Below the pieces are notes generated by a model. It saw only the letters and a program-made list of their open reading frames with translations, was not told where the DNA came from and searched no databases. Positions 36,490 through 49,118 of a stretch of DNA of 64,000 nucleotides are shown here, piece after piece. This DNA is from Podarcis liolepis (lineage: Eukaryota). The DNA lies in the NCBI GenBank assembly GCA_965112155.1, contig OZ218107.1. One strand, given 5' to 3'. A program made the position numbers and the translations under genes. Positions within the stretch are counted from its first letter, which is position 1; each line of letters starts with the position of its first letter.

Positions 36490-38431
36490 TCCAGCTATTG
36501 ATATTTGTTTGAGCACCATCAGTATGGTTCAGGAGTCACCAGTTTTGTGCCCATGGCTGGAGCGGGATAGGTCTTCCTTGGCCCCATCCTTCTGCTGAAA
36601 TTACTGTAGTCAGTAGAATTAGTTTTGGTGTGTGCTTTGTTGCATGTTGCCCATTGACAGTTTCTCCAGATTGGGCCCAAAGGTTGGTGAGTTCACTAGT
36701 CCGCAATCCTGTGCAAATTTAAGAGCAAGTTCCCCTGAATACAGTGGGGCAACTTACAATTTAAATGTATTTTAGGATCTGATCACACAATAGATGGTAA
36801 TAAGGATTGGATTTGCTAATGCAACATTGATTGGAAGATGCTAATTGGTTAGGAGTGTAGAACTGGAGATTCTTGGGATTAAAGGAATGCTTTGTGGAAG
36901 AGGGTGGAGCTCAGACAGGAAATGGAATTTGATATTTATGGTGTGGTGGTTCCAGCTGTAGGGCGCATTATGGCTGGATGAGTAGTCGTAGGCAAAGAAC
37001 TTCATGAACTCAGTAGTGATTTGGTGGCTTGCTGGGTAAATGGACTTAATCAATACAGCATATTGCTTGATCCCTCACAACAAATATGCAAAAAATAATA
37101 ATACATGTCCTTCCTGTTGAATAACTACTTAGTCTATAATAGCTATTTGCTGGGGTTTTATATTCAAAAGCTGTAGCTTAGATTATTTTTTTATTCTCCC
37201 ATAAACATGCATTGAACATTAGGTGGGAAATGTCCTGATGGTTATACTTGCAAAAAGTGGTTAAAATTAGACTAGTCTGCTTGAAGTAATCTCTACTGGA
37301 TGTGGCCAGATTTTTTTCACCCCAAATTGTAGTGGGCTACTATGGGTATCTGCTGCCTGCTTGACATTGCAATCTTCTTGAATTAGAAAGAAAAGCCAAG
37401 GTGGTAGGATGTTTGACTGCACTGGCTTCCTCAGTATGTTGCTAAACGCACAAAGGTACTTAACAACTCTTTCTTCTTCACTGTTTACCTCATGTCTTTA
37501 CAGAGCTGGGCTATAGTCATGGCCACTTACCCCCAAAGTCTTCTTAACTCACTTGTTTGCTTTGCTGGGGTTCTCCACATACATTTCTGCCTACAGTGTC
37601 CTAACATTGCTTGAAACCAGCAAGTAGGAGGGGGAACTAGATGTACAGTTATCTCTCTCTCTCTCTTTTTGCCAACTGTGTTTAACATCCTGTCTGCTTT
37701 GCCCCTAAATTTCCGATGTGTAGAAGGATTGCACAAGTCAGTGGGTTTAAAAGCGTGTTCTGGCCCTCCAGGCAATTCTGGCAATCCTGAAAGGTAACAT
37801 GTCTGCACTTATGGATTATCTCATATAATGCACTCCCAGTAACAGGAGAGAGGCAGGTGCAGGGCATGTTTCATGTGGTCAGTTGAGTCAGGGTGACGTC
37901 TAGGCCCAGTGGACCAGGGTATAGCTTCAAATGGACTTGAGACAAGCTATTGAGAATTCCCCAGAATCCTCTGCAATATGCAGAAATTCCACAGCAGATG
38001 CTCAGGAGTTCCCTGGAGAAGGTGCATCAACATAGACAGTGTTCCCTGAAAGAAAAAAAAAATGGAAAATGCTAGCAAAGATTGAAGTTATGAAACGTCA
38101 AAGAAGACTGAAATGATATACAGTTATATCACCCCCCCCATTATTCTAGCTTGATTTTGTGTACTCCTTAGGATGTACATCAGTTTTACTTTTTCTTCTT
38201 CTTTTTGTGCAATTGCCCACTACTACCACATCACTGTTTTCTGATTGTGCCTATTGTAATTTATGTGGTGCTCACTAAAGACCTCAAAAAGTCAATCCTA
38301 TTCTGACCTTGGAAAAAAGCAATAAAAAATTATTATAAAAAAAAACAAAAAACAAAAAGTCAATCCTAAAATTTTGAGAGTTATCATGACTTCAGGATTA
38401 AACATTTTAAAGCACAGGATAAATGAACAGA

Positions 38432-39147
38432 GAAATTCCTTTGTAGTAAAACACCTACTTTGAGATCTTGTATAGAATGTCCTGGGAGATTGAAGTGTTC
38501 TCCTACTGGTTTCTCTATTTTGTGATTCTTGATGTCAGATTTATGTCCGTTTATTCTTTGGCGTAAGGTTTGGCCTGTTTGTCCAATATAGAGAGCTGAA
38601 GGACACTGTTGGCATTTGATGGCATACACAATACTATACTAGCTACTATGGACGTGGAATCTCTGTATACCAACATCCCACACAACGATGGTTTACAAGC
38701 TATAAGGAACACCATTTCAGATAAAACCACAGCAGACCTTGCCACCAAACTCTGCAAAGGAATTTCAGAAATAGACTGGAAAGAGAAGCTGCTGAATTGC
38801 AACTCATTACCAAACTTAAAACCATGGAGAGACCTGGTCTGAACAGAGACATTGGATTCTTATCTCATTATACATGACTAAGCCATTTCTCACCTTCTCA
38901 CCCCTTGCCTTTTCCTGTAAGACCTATTACAGTCGTTAAGAGTCGTCAACAGGCTCATCTCAGCTATCTGCCAATCTCCCATTCCCACCACCCTTCTGAG
39001 TAATACCCCTCCCCACCTTCTCACTATATAGAAGGATCTGGCAACTTCTGTTTCAGTGTATCTGAAGAAGTGTGCATGCACACGAAAGCTCATACCAAGA
39101 ACTAACTTAGTTGGTCTTTAAGGTGCTACTGGAAGGAATTTTTTTAT
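38432..39147 (+). mobile_element. Rearranged Penelope-like retroelement: inverted GIY-YIG N-part, RT fragment, GIY-YIG C-part and terminal repeat
   Basis: Minus 38432-38632 VYAIKCQQCPSALYIGQTGQTLRQRINGHKSDI...VGEHFNLPGHS; plus 38628-38755 ILATMDVESLYTNIPH (PLE RT motif); plus 38755-38877 QRNFRNRLEREAAELQLITKLKTMERPGLNRDIGFLSHYT*. Confidence 0.93.
39058..39095 (+). ncRNA. Minimal type I hammerhead ribozyme motif (Penelope-associated)
   Basis: GUAU-CUGAAGA-A-GUGUG(CAUG)CACAC-GAAA-GC-UC^AUAC: stem I GUAU/AUAC, complete core, 5-bp stem II, palindromic AGCU stem III, predicted cut after 39091. Confidence 0.8.
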
Positions 39148-39402
39148 TTAAATTGTTCTAGTTTGTTGTTGTTAGCTGCTTGGCTTAAAGGAAACAACAC
39201 AGTATTTTAAATGAATATGTAATATTTTAAGGGGAGCATATTGAGGGAGTATGGGACCTCGTCATTAGTGGAAGTACCGACACTTCCTTGGCTAATAGCC
39301 TGCTCAAATGATGCTGCCTCTGATATATGTGAACTGAGTGCCTCTTTCCCACCAATCATGCCTGTGGGTGTTTCAAATATACTCGGTCTGTTTTGCTGTT
39401 AG

Positions 39403-39661
39403 TTGGAGTCTCCAGCCCATTGCAAGTCCTCATCCTTGGAGCAGAAGAATGAGGAGCAAGTGGATGATGACTTGGACCTCTTTGGGGGTTATGATAGCTG
39501 CCGGCGTTACAGCAGCAGTGGAGAGAGTGGCAGTACCTCCTTCCTGGAAGACTCTAGTGAGAATGAAGCAGCAGATCGAGAAGCTGGGGAACTGCCTACA
39601 TTGCCTCCACAGGCCCAAAAACCTACCAGCCGATTGCCAGATGAAAGTGGTTCTGAGCCAG
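39403..39661 (+). CDS. L3MBTL2: L3MBTL2 exon 2
   Basis: gttag|TTG GAG TCT...CCA G|gtactg; DDDLDLFGGYDS...DREAGELPT...SGSEP. Confidence 0.92.
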
Positions 39662-41180
39662 GTACTGGTGTTTTGTGGCAAAGGAAGGCTGTAAATGATT
39701 GAATACAAAGCAGCTTTATTCTTTCTAGAGTGGGGGGGGGGGTAGAGATAGTTGATGGAATACACTACATTTGGAGGATGAGCCAAAAATAAATATAATA
39801 TCAGCTTTTTAATAGGGAGAGTGTGATATATTATCTCATACAGACATGGTGAGGGAGTATTGCATATACGGAGTATGCCTAGCCATATGGTATTGCATGA
39901 AAAAACAGTGGTGTGTAAAGATGGAAGAATTCAAAATTTCACTATCATGCAGTTCTGTCCACTTTTTAAATTTACAGGGGCCTTTCCCCCAAGAAAACAA
40001 TTTCAAACAAGCTTTTTTTAAAAAAATAATAATGTTTGGTTAAAGATTTTGACATACATTTTCCATGAATTCAGTGCAGTTATGGAAACTTGTATGTAGA
40101 AATACTGTATGTTATAATTTGAACATAAAATTGTGTTTGAATTTTTACACTTGTTTTTAGTGGTAGCTTTAAAACAATACAGCCTGAAAATATATGTCTT
40201 ATTAAAAAACATGAAATTAAACAATTCAGTTATTCTATACTGTTTCACAAGCAAAGCTTCTGCCCAGAAAAAAATCAAATTTTGTTCTCAAAATCCATTT
40301 GAGAAATAAACATTTTTTTTAAAAAACGTACAATCTTTATAATTTGTTCTTATCGTATTCCTGGTGTTAAGCTTCCTTAGTAAGAAGGTTTGTGTTGAGA
40401 GGAGACGTGTGCAGGGCCAGACTTGTACATTTGGGGGTAGTGTGTCTGAAAATCATGAAATAGGACCAGTGCAACTCCCACAAGGTGGGTTATATGTACA
40501 CAGCTGAGTGTACCAGCCATATCTAGCAATTCCTCATGATGAGCTACAAACCTTTCTTGAAAATTGTGGAATGGTGATATCACAATGGAGCTAGATACAG
40601 TTAGGGTTACCAGCATGGTGCCCAAGGGTGCTGCTCTCTGCTCCTTTCATCATGAGGTGGCTTAGATGCTTTCTGGTTTCCCCTTTGAAAAGTACATAGA
40701 AGCAAAGGAGGAAGTTGAAAGAATGACAATCTTTTTCACTTTCTCTTTCTACTCTGTGCATTTCAAGGCTCAGGTTGACAAATGAGAAGCTGAACAGAAA
40801 GTAGAGTGGCCTACACAAAAATAAAACCCCTTATCATTTCTCTAAAATATCTGTTACTCAAATGAAGTTGCGAAAGGATACGATAAATAAAACTAAATAA
40901 ATAACTCAGCAGAGGGGGAGTTGAGGGAGGTCCAGAGGAGGGGACGGAGAATAATTGTAAATAACATGATGAATGAGATTTGTATCATTAATTGTTATGA
41001 AATTCAATAAATATTTAAAAGAATTAGAAAGTAGAGTGACCAGGTGGGTAGGAAGGAAGGGGAAGTGAGCTATGGGGCTGTGCTTGTAGTAAAACGGAAT
41101 GGCCAGGAGAGAAAGTGGGGTGCCCCAGGAGAGAGAGAGAAGATGGTGGCAGAGAGAGAGAGGGGGGGAGAGAAAGAGAA

Positions 41181-41211
<31 letters not shown>

Positions 41212-41212
41212 A
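41181..41212. repeat. (TG)n(CG)n alternating purine-pyrimidine tract
   Basis: TGTGTG...TGCGCGCGCGTA; potential Z-DNA. Confidence 0.85.
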
Positions 41213-42003
41213 TACCCAGAGGACCCAAAAGCTAGCCATCCTTTGTGTCCAAAATGAGAGGGTGGAGTAGAGGCTCTTTCCAGTCCATTAGGTTGCAGCT
41301 TTTGTGGTGGAATTTATTTAAGTTAACAGATTCTGGCTTCAAGAAAAAACTGCAATCAGGAGTCTATCTGCATTGTAACACATTTCCTATGTTGGAGCAC
41401 TGCCATACAGAGGTGCTTTTGGGCAGCCTCATAGGGTGTGCTTGTGTGATGTTTGGGTCAACCCATGCAATTGCTATTGGAGGTACAGGTTCCCTCTTGA
41501 GCGCCATGCCCCCAGCTAATGGAAGTAGTTTATCTCTCAGCTTTATAGTCAATACTATGCAATGCAATGCAGTACTGTCAGCTTTGTGCTTTTTATCCAA
41601 CTTGGTTGATGCTCCTAGTGGCCAGTGCAATAACTGGCACTCTCTAACTCCTTCAGGTGTCTCTCTTTGGGATCCTAAAGCCCACTATGGGCTCTGCTCT
41701 CTCCTTCTGATCCGCTAGTTGAAATGCCAGAATGAGCAGTTTGCGTCAGTAGCAACAAGTAACCCTTTACTTCCCCCTTTGTTGCTACCTACCCTTCTTA
41801 TATGCCAGCTGGCTTTAGAATTCCCCCTAGGTTCACCCCTTGTTTTGGGGGTGGGTGAGACATAAACAATTCCTCCTGGCTTGGAGGAGGAGGTGGCCCC
41901 CAGTCAACCTAAGTTTAATCATTCCCGTTGGTAGCCCTGGGCTTTTCTGGTGGAACTGAATTGCTTCCTGCTGCTGAGGCCTATTGTATTTGTGCCCCCT
42001 CAG

Positions 42004-42137
42004 CTGTCTGTGAGATGTGTGGGATTGTGGGCACAAAAGATGCCTTCTTCTCCAAGACCAAACGTTTCTGCAGTGTCTCCTGCTCCAGAAGCTACTCTTC
42101 AAATTCCAAGAAGGCCAGCATCCTGGCAAGGCTGCAG
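42004..42137 (+). CDS. L3MBTL2: L3MBTL2 exon 3, FCS zinc finger
   Basis: ctcag|CT GTC TGT...CTG CAG|gtgagc; AVCEMCGIVGTKDAFFSKTKRFCSVSCSRSYSSNSKKASILARLQ. Confidence 0.97.
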
Positions 42138-43414
42138 GTGAGCAAGGCCCACTTAACGAGACTGCTGTTTGCTAAACGAGGCATGAAAATAACAGTAAGC
42201 AGTGCTGGATGCCTGCCAGGGATATTCAAAAAGCCATTCTCCCATGAAGCAGGGACTTCAGGTGCTAGGAGGCACCTAGCAGACAGCCACACTTGATAAC
42301 TCATTATTTGGAAGCAGCTTTTGGCAGGGGAGGGGAGAGTTGAGGTTGGAAAAGCCATGCTTTCCCCATAGAATTGCACACCCACATGCACCAGCATATT
42401 AAAGATCACTTAGCACAGAACAGTTGCCCTTGTAACTGCTGTTTCATATTTGCAAACAGGTTACTGAAGAGGCCCTTTCCAATGCTTGCTTTTGTGGAGT
42501 GTGATTTAAAAAGCAAACATTGTCAATGATTGTAATGAAAATAACCACAGAGTGGTGGTTATTCCAGATTGACTAATCTCTCAAAAACACACAATCTTGT
42601 ATAAGTAAGCCTTATTTGGAATCTAATATTGTACAATTAAGAAATTGTGAATATGACACCAGGAGTGGTGGTTTATTTCAAATTTAGAATAAAAAGAGTG
42701 TGATCTTTTGCGTTGCATTTCCTGTATGAGAGGAGGCACCAGAAGGGAGAAAAAGGACAGCTCCACTAGTTGACAGGACACAGCATAGTTCAAAGATAAG
42801 GGAGTGAGTTGGAGGAGAAGAGGGATTCCTCAAAAGAAAATGAAGGAATTGGGTAGGTTTTAGGAAATAAGTTAGTTCTTTCTGTTCTTGATATCATTTC
42901 CTTCTCCATAACTTGGAGTGAGCCTTTCAGGGACAGAGTTCCATATTTTCCAATCATGTCAACCACTCTGAGCATGTGTATAAAAGGCAAGGGAAAGATT
43001 AATAGTTGTTTTTGTCATCATCTTGTGAAAGTAGCAGAAAGTTCTGCATTGCGCTCCTTTTCTGTTTGAATGGCAAAAAGAATTCTCTGGCACCTTTGGA
43101 AAACTGCAAAACATACAGCTAGGAGTAATTTTGTCAGATACATCTGATGAGAGAAGCAACAGTCTTTGAAATATCATGCCACATCTCTTCAGATACAGAT
43201 AACAAAGTTACTTCTTATTTAGGAAAGCTACTTGTAAGCTGTTTCGCTGCCACAAAACTTTCTTGTACTCGTTAAAGCTGCCCTTCTGGTTTGATCCATT
43301 TAACCTGCAAACCCATCACAGGCAGCAAGATTTGTCTGTCCCTTGTGTCACTGGAAGGCTATTGGGAATTAACATCTCCTTATCGTTTTGTTTTGTCTTG
43401 TCACACTTTCACAG

Positions 43415-43538
43415 GGCAAACCACCTACGAAAAAAGCCAAAGTCTTGCACAAGGCAGCCTGGTCTGCAAAAATCGGGGCTTTTCTCCATACGCAGGGGAC
43501 AGGGCAACTGGCAGATGGAACGCCAACTGGCCAGGATG
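43415..43538 (+). CDS. L3MBTL2: L3MBTL2 exon 4
   Basis: acag|GGC AAA CCA...GAT G|gtaagt; GKPPTKKAKVLHKAAWSAKIGAFLHTQGTGQLADGTPTGQD. Confidence 0.97.
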
Positions 43539-44018
43539 GTAAGTGCTGGCAAGTGGGCAGAGGAAGTAAGAGGCTGTTGCTTGCTTCAAACCTCAAGGCG
43601 AATAGAAAGTTCATCAGAACCATGCACAAAAGTATTTCTGGTTGAATAGAATATGCCAGCTGAAAGAGAAGAATAAATGTATAACCACTATAGATGTGGA
43701 TGCAAGGTGAAGGAGTGCCTGCATGGCAGAGAGAGAGAGAGAGAGAGATTTCCTGGTTTTTGGCGATGTGTTTCAGACTTGTTGGCCTTGTAAACTAGTC
43801 TCTGTTTTTGGATAAGTCTAAAAACGTCTAGACTGTTCTGCGCTCTTTATAATAGATCTAGCTATTTTCTCCTTTCTGCTGGATAAAGATGTCTGAGCTC
43901 TTCGGAAACTCCCAGTGTCTTACACCAAGAGGAAGATGCTCCAATAGAAGATGTCCCCATATCTGCCCTTGTCCTGTTGTGGTGAATCTGTTTGCCAACC
44001 TTGAACCTTCTGTGTTGA

Positions 44019-44177
<159 letters not shown>

Positions 44178-44340
44178 TAGGCTCCTGATAAGATAAGAAG
44201 GGTCCCCAGGAAAGTGCTCAGGGTAGCTTAAATTTTGTTTTTAAACAAGGATATCAAATCAAGATGACTTTGAATATCCATATTGTAAACTGTGTGCTAT
44301 GATTTCCAAATGATAAAAATCTTAATAGTATCCTGCAAAT

Positions 44341-44690
44341 GGGATGCGGGTAGTGCTGTGGGTTAAACCACAGAGCCTAGGGCTTGCCGATCAGAAGGTC
44401 GGTGGTTTGAATCCCCGCAACAGGATAAGCTCCCGTTGTTGGGTCCCAGCTCCTGCCAACCTAGCAGTTCGAAAGCACGTCAAAGTGCAAGTAGATAAAT
44501 AGGTACCGCTCCAGCGGGAAGGTAAACGGCGTTTCCGTGTGCTGCTCTGGTTCACCAGAAGCGGCTTAGTCATGCTGGCCACATGACCTGGAAGCTGTAC
44601 GTCGGCTCCCTCGGCCAATAAAGCGAGATGAGCGCCGCAGCCCCAGAGTCGGCCACGACTAGACCTAATGGTCAGGGGTCCCTTTACCTT
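44341..44690 (+). mobile_element. Full-length Sauria SINE (lacertid/POM-like subfamily)
   Basis: tRNA-like head with a B box (GGTTTGAATCC), core TCCTGCCAACCTAGCAGTTCGAAAGCA, (ACCTTT)n tail, TSD TATCCTGCAAAT (44329 and 44691). Confidence 0.93.
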
Positions 44691-45128
44691 TATCCTGCAA
44701 ATGGATCCCAATTAGATTTGGCAATCAGCTTAAAAATATGTGAACAATTAAATTTAGTGTTGCTAGAAAGGAGAACATTTAAACAAATTGTTAGCTAACA
44801 TTAAAACTAGTGCAAACTGCTATGTCCGTAAAATAAGTATAAGCTGTTCTACAATAATGAGAAACCTACACTGTATGATTAACAATGCTCTATTCATGGC
44901 TGTGAAGATGAACAGGAGAACTTCAGACTCTCCATCTGGTGTTGGAGGTAATTCCCCTTTTCTCCCACAATCACATTTTTACCTAGAATGGTGCTAGAGA
45001 AACGGATGCTAACAGAGTTAAGGGCACAAAGCTCTTTGTTAAAAGCAATTCCCTCACCTGCTCATCACACGTGTGCACAATAGCACATCCATACACACAC
45101 ACACACAAGCAAATATAAATTATTCTGA

Positions 45129-45344
<216 letters not shown>

Positions 45345-45842
45345 TAATTTACTTTCCTTATTGTTATTTGAATGTACATCTGCTTCCATCTGGAGACTTG
45401 AGGCAGGCAACATATTTAAAAGGGAATAAAAGCAACACCATTATAAAACGTTATGTACAGTACTTACTTTTTAACACTGATATGCAGCTATTCAAACAGG
45501 TTTCAGATCTATTGCGCAAAAAAATTGAAAACTTACATTAAAAGCATTATTGATAAAAGCAGCCCAAGAGAAGTAACAGAACAGAGAATTAGCAACACAG
45601 CAAAAGCTCTCTTTTCCTTTTCAAAAGGGGAGGTTTTAGCTTGTCTTTTAAAAGGACAGCAGAGAGGAGGCTGCATGCACCTCTTGTGGGAGAGCATTCC
45701 AAAGAATTGAGGCTGCAACAGAGAAGGCCCTGCTTATTGTAGAGAGTAAGCTCACCTCCACAGTAGTTGGAATCTGTACCAAGGCCTTATTAGTAGATCT
45801 CAGTTTGCTAGGGAAGTTCATTTGGCAGTGCAAGAGCTAGAG

Positions 45843-46226
45843 CAGTGGTTTCCCAACCTTTTTGGTATGGCAACTCACAAGCCCAAATTTACCTGGCATG
45901 GTAGGTGACCCATTGATTTATTGTCAAATGAATTTTGGACCTCAGGTCTTCGGCAGCCATCAGTTTCATGCATTTTAACTGCATGTTTGCCTATTTTATT
46001 ACCACTGCTTAAGACAGGCATAGGCAAACTCGGCCCTCCAGATGTTTTAAGACTACAATTCCCATCATTCCTGACCACTGGTCCTGTTAGCTACGGATGA
46101 TGGGAGTTGTAATCCCAAAACATCTGGAGGGCCGAGTTTGCCTGTGCCTGGCTTAAGACATCCCAGAAAAAATAATAAAGCCTGTGACTCACTTGCAGGT
46201 CATAACCCACAGTTTGAGAAGCATTC
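45843..46226. mobile_element. Older hAT MITE interrupted by a younger MITE
   Basis: Starts CAGTGGTTTCCCAACC, ends CAGTTTGAGAAGCATTC; 7/8 TSD match AGCTAGAG / TGCTAGAG. Confidence 0.6.
46015..46150. mobile_element. 136-bp near-palindromic hAT MITE
   Basis: CAGGCATAGGCAAACTCGGCCCTCCAGATGTTTT with the inverted copy at the other end; perfect 8-bp TSD GCTTAAGA. Confidence 0.92.
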
Positions 46227-46505
46227 TGCTAGAGCACTGGTGGAATAGGCTTCCAGACTTGCCATGCTGTGCTGTGTCCCAACCCGGGGTTCCAGATGGG
46301 CCTTGAGAGCATTATTGGTAACAGGGCATAACTGTAAAAGATTTGGGGAGCTGAATTAGGACACTTGGCTATCTTTCCAGCTGGCAAAGTTATTCAGGCT
46401 GTAGAGCAGCTTTCTAAAACAAGTGGTAGAAGCCCTGTGGTTGGGGGCATCCAGTGGTCCATACGCTGAGAACAGAGTTTGTCTTGAAGGAACTTAGTGC
46501 TATAG

Positions 46506-46739
<234 letters not shown>

Positions 46740-47463
46740 TGAGTCTTGCCCAGCTTTGGGGGTTTATTTAACTCACAGTTTGCATCATTGCCTTTTCTCA
46801 AGTTGGATCATGCCCATTAATCCTAAATGCTGCAGGTTGGAATACATTGGGAACATTAGCAAAAAGTTATCAAATTACATGTATACTTGTAAATTTGAGA
46901 GTTCTTACAATATGACAATTTTTGTTTAGGGGACTGAGAAAGCAGAGATGAACGAGAAACAGGTGTATTGGGGAGCGGGGCTTTCTAGGCCAAAAAGTAC
47001 AACCCCTTGTTCTAGATGACTGTCCCACTAGGATGTGTCATTTTAGGGGGTAAATTTTTTTGCAAAAGAAAGCAGTCTTAAAAATATGTTTTTGAGTGTG
47101 AGGAATTCAAATCTGCTATTATTTTTGTGATTGGACAACATTTAGCTTGGTGTGTATGTTTGATGAAAAAACACATAAACTGCTTTTAAGAAAACCTTCT
47201 GAATTTTACCTTCTGAAAGTGTGAGGTAATGCCTAATAATAATGATGATGACAATAAAAAATATTAACGTATAACCACAAGTACTGGGCAATCATTTTAA
47301 ATTACCTCTGTGCAATTTTATACACATTCTATGTACCATGCAAAACTAAATTATATTAATTTAACCAAAATGTCTTTTGAATTACCAAGTCATGTTACAA
47401 CTTTTTAGCACCCCTCATTTTTGAAAAGTTGGGTGGCCATTTGTCGTGGGTGCTTTTGTTGAA

Positions 47464-47537
47464 ATTCCTGCATTGCGGGGGGTTGGACTAGATGACGGTG
47501 AGGATCCCTTCCAACTTTACAATTCTATGATTCTATG
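47464..47537 (+). mobile_element. CR1 LINE 3' end
   Basis: GGGTTGGACTAGATGAC...CCCTTCCAAC...ATTCTATGATTCTATG, the CR1 octamer tail. Confidence 0.85.
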
Positions 47538-48143
47538 ACCTTTAAAGCCCTTTATGGCTCAGGACCGCAATGCCTCAAGGACCATTTCTCCCCATATGAA
47601 GCAGCCTGGACCCTACAAACTTTTGAGACATTTTACTGTAAAAGCAACTGGTAAATGAAATAAATAAAAATAAGTAGTTATTGCAGGTCGGATAATTTAA
47701 CGGCTTGTAGTGCAGAACTTTCCCTTCAAAATGTAAAGAAATTTACTGCGCTTCAAGGTGATCTGTAGTCGCCTCTAAAGTTTCCATCAAAAATCTAGAG
47801 CCTGTTCAGGGTGGTAGTATGTTGAGACTTAGATGTTGCTGATGCTTTTGTTGAGAGACTACAGTGTTTTGAAGGAGCAAAGCAAGTTGCTGCAGGTAAT
47901 TTTTGGGGTGAGTGTAAACTGAAAGGAGGCTTTAAGTTTAACCAGAGAAGAAGAAAAATGAGGAAATCCCTGCTTTTCATTCTTCTGCAGGAATGAAAGG
48001 CGTGCTGAGTTTATTTTTTAATTATATGAAGATCATTATCCCAGCCTTCAACCACATATGTAATGCTGAGGGCAATTTATAGCGGTTAAAAATCACACTT
48101 TCATAATAAAACAACAGTACAGATACAACCAAGACAGTCATAA

Positions 48144-48413
<270 letters not shown>

Positions 48414-49103
48414 TAGAAATACACCACCCATCATCCTTGACCATTGCTCATGCTGGCTGGGGCGGATGTGAATTGTAGTCCAAACATCCAGAGAACACAG
48501 TCAGAGGCCACAGTAGCCCATTCAGATTTAATATGGGCTGCAAGCCATGCTGGAGCTCACCTCTGTCTGGAAGGCCTGGTGATAAGGGAAACCCTTCTAC
48601 AAGTTCCACACCATACATTTATAGCACTCTTATAGCATTTCAACACTCACGGCTTCCCCCACAGAATTTGGGTGCTGAGAGTTGTTAGGATATTTACCCC
48701 TCACAGAGCTACAACTCCCAGACCCCTTAACAAACAACAGTTCCCATGAACCCCTGGGAGAAGTTACTGTTAAAGTGGTATGACAGTGCTTTAAATGCAT
48801 AGTGTGGATGTGAATGCAGTGCATTGAAACACACAATGTGTTTCAGGACTGAGCCGTGTCTGGGATAAGCAGCATAGCATAAAGTTGGTAGAATTTTCTT
48901 CAGAGTGTTTGGGTTCTGCCCAGTGCATTGTTTGATAGACATGAACAGAATGCGTTAGCTGTAATCTCCCACATTCGTGACATGATGTCCTTCAGTTTAA
49001 AAGACTAAATAAAGAGCAATTAAAACCCTGCTGTTTGGTCTGTTGCCTTCACTAGCTCACCTAAAAACTCAGTTTAGCTGTATTTGCTGCTGGAGGGAGA
49101 GGG

Positions 49104-49118
49104 GCGCCCCCTGCTGGC
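49104..49118 (-). promoter_or_regulatory. Consensus CTCF core motif in L3MBTL2 intron 8
   Basis: Minus strand GCCAGCAGGGGGCGC matches CCASYAGRKGGCR. Confidence 0.6.
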
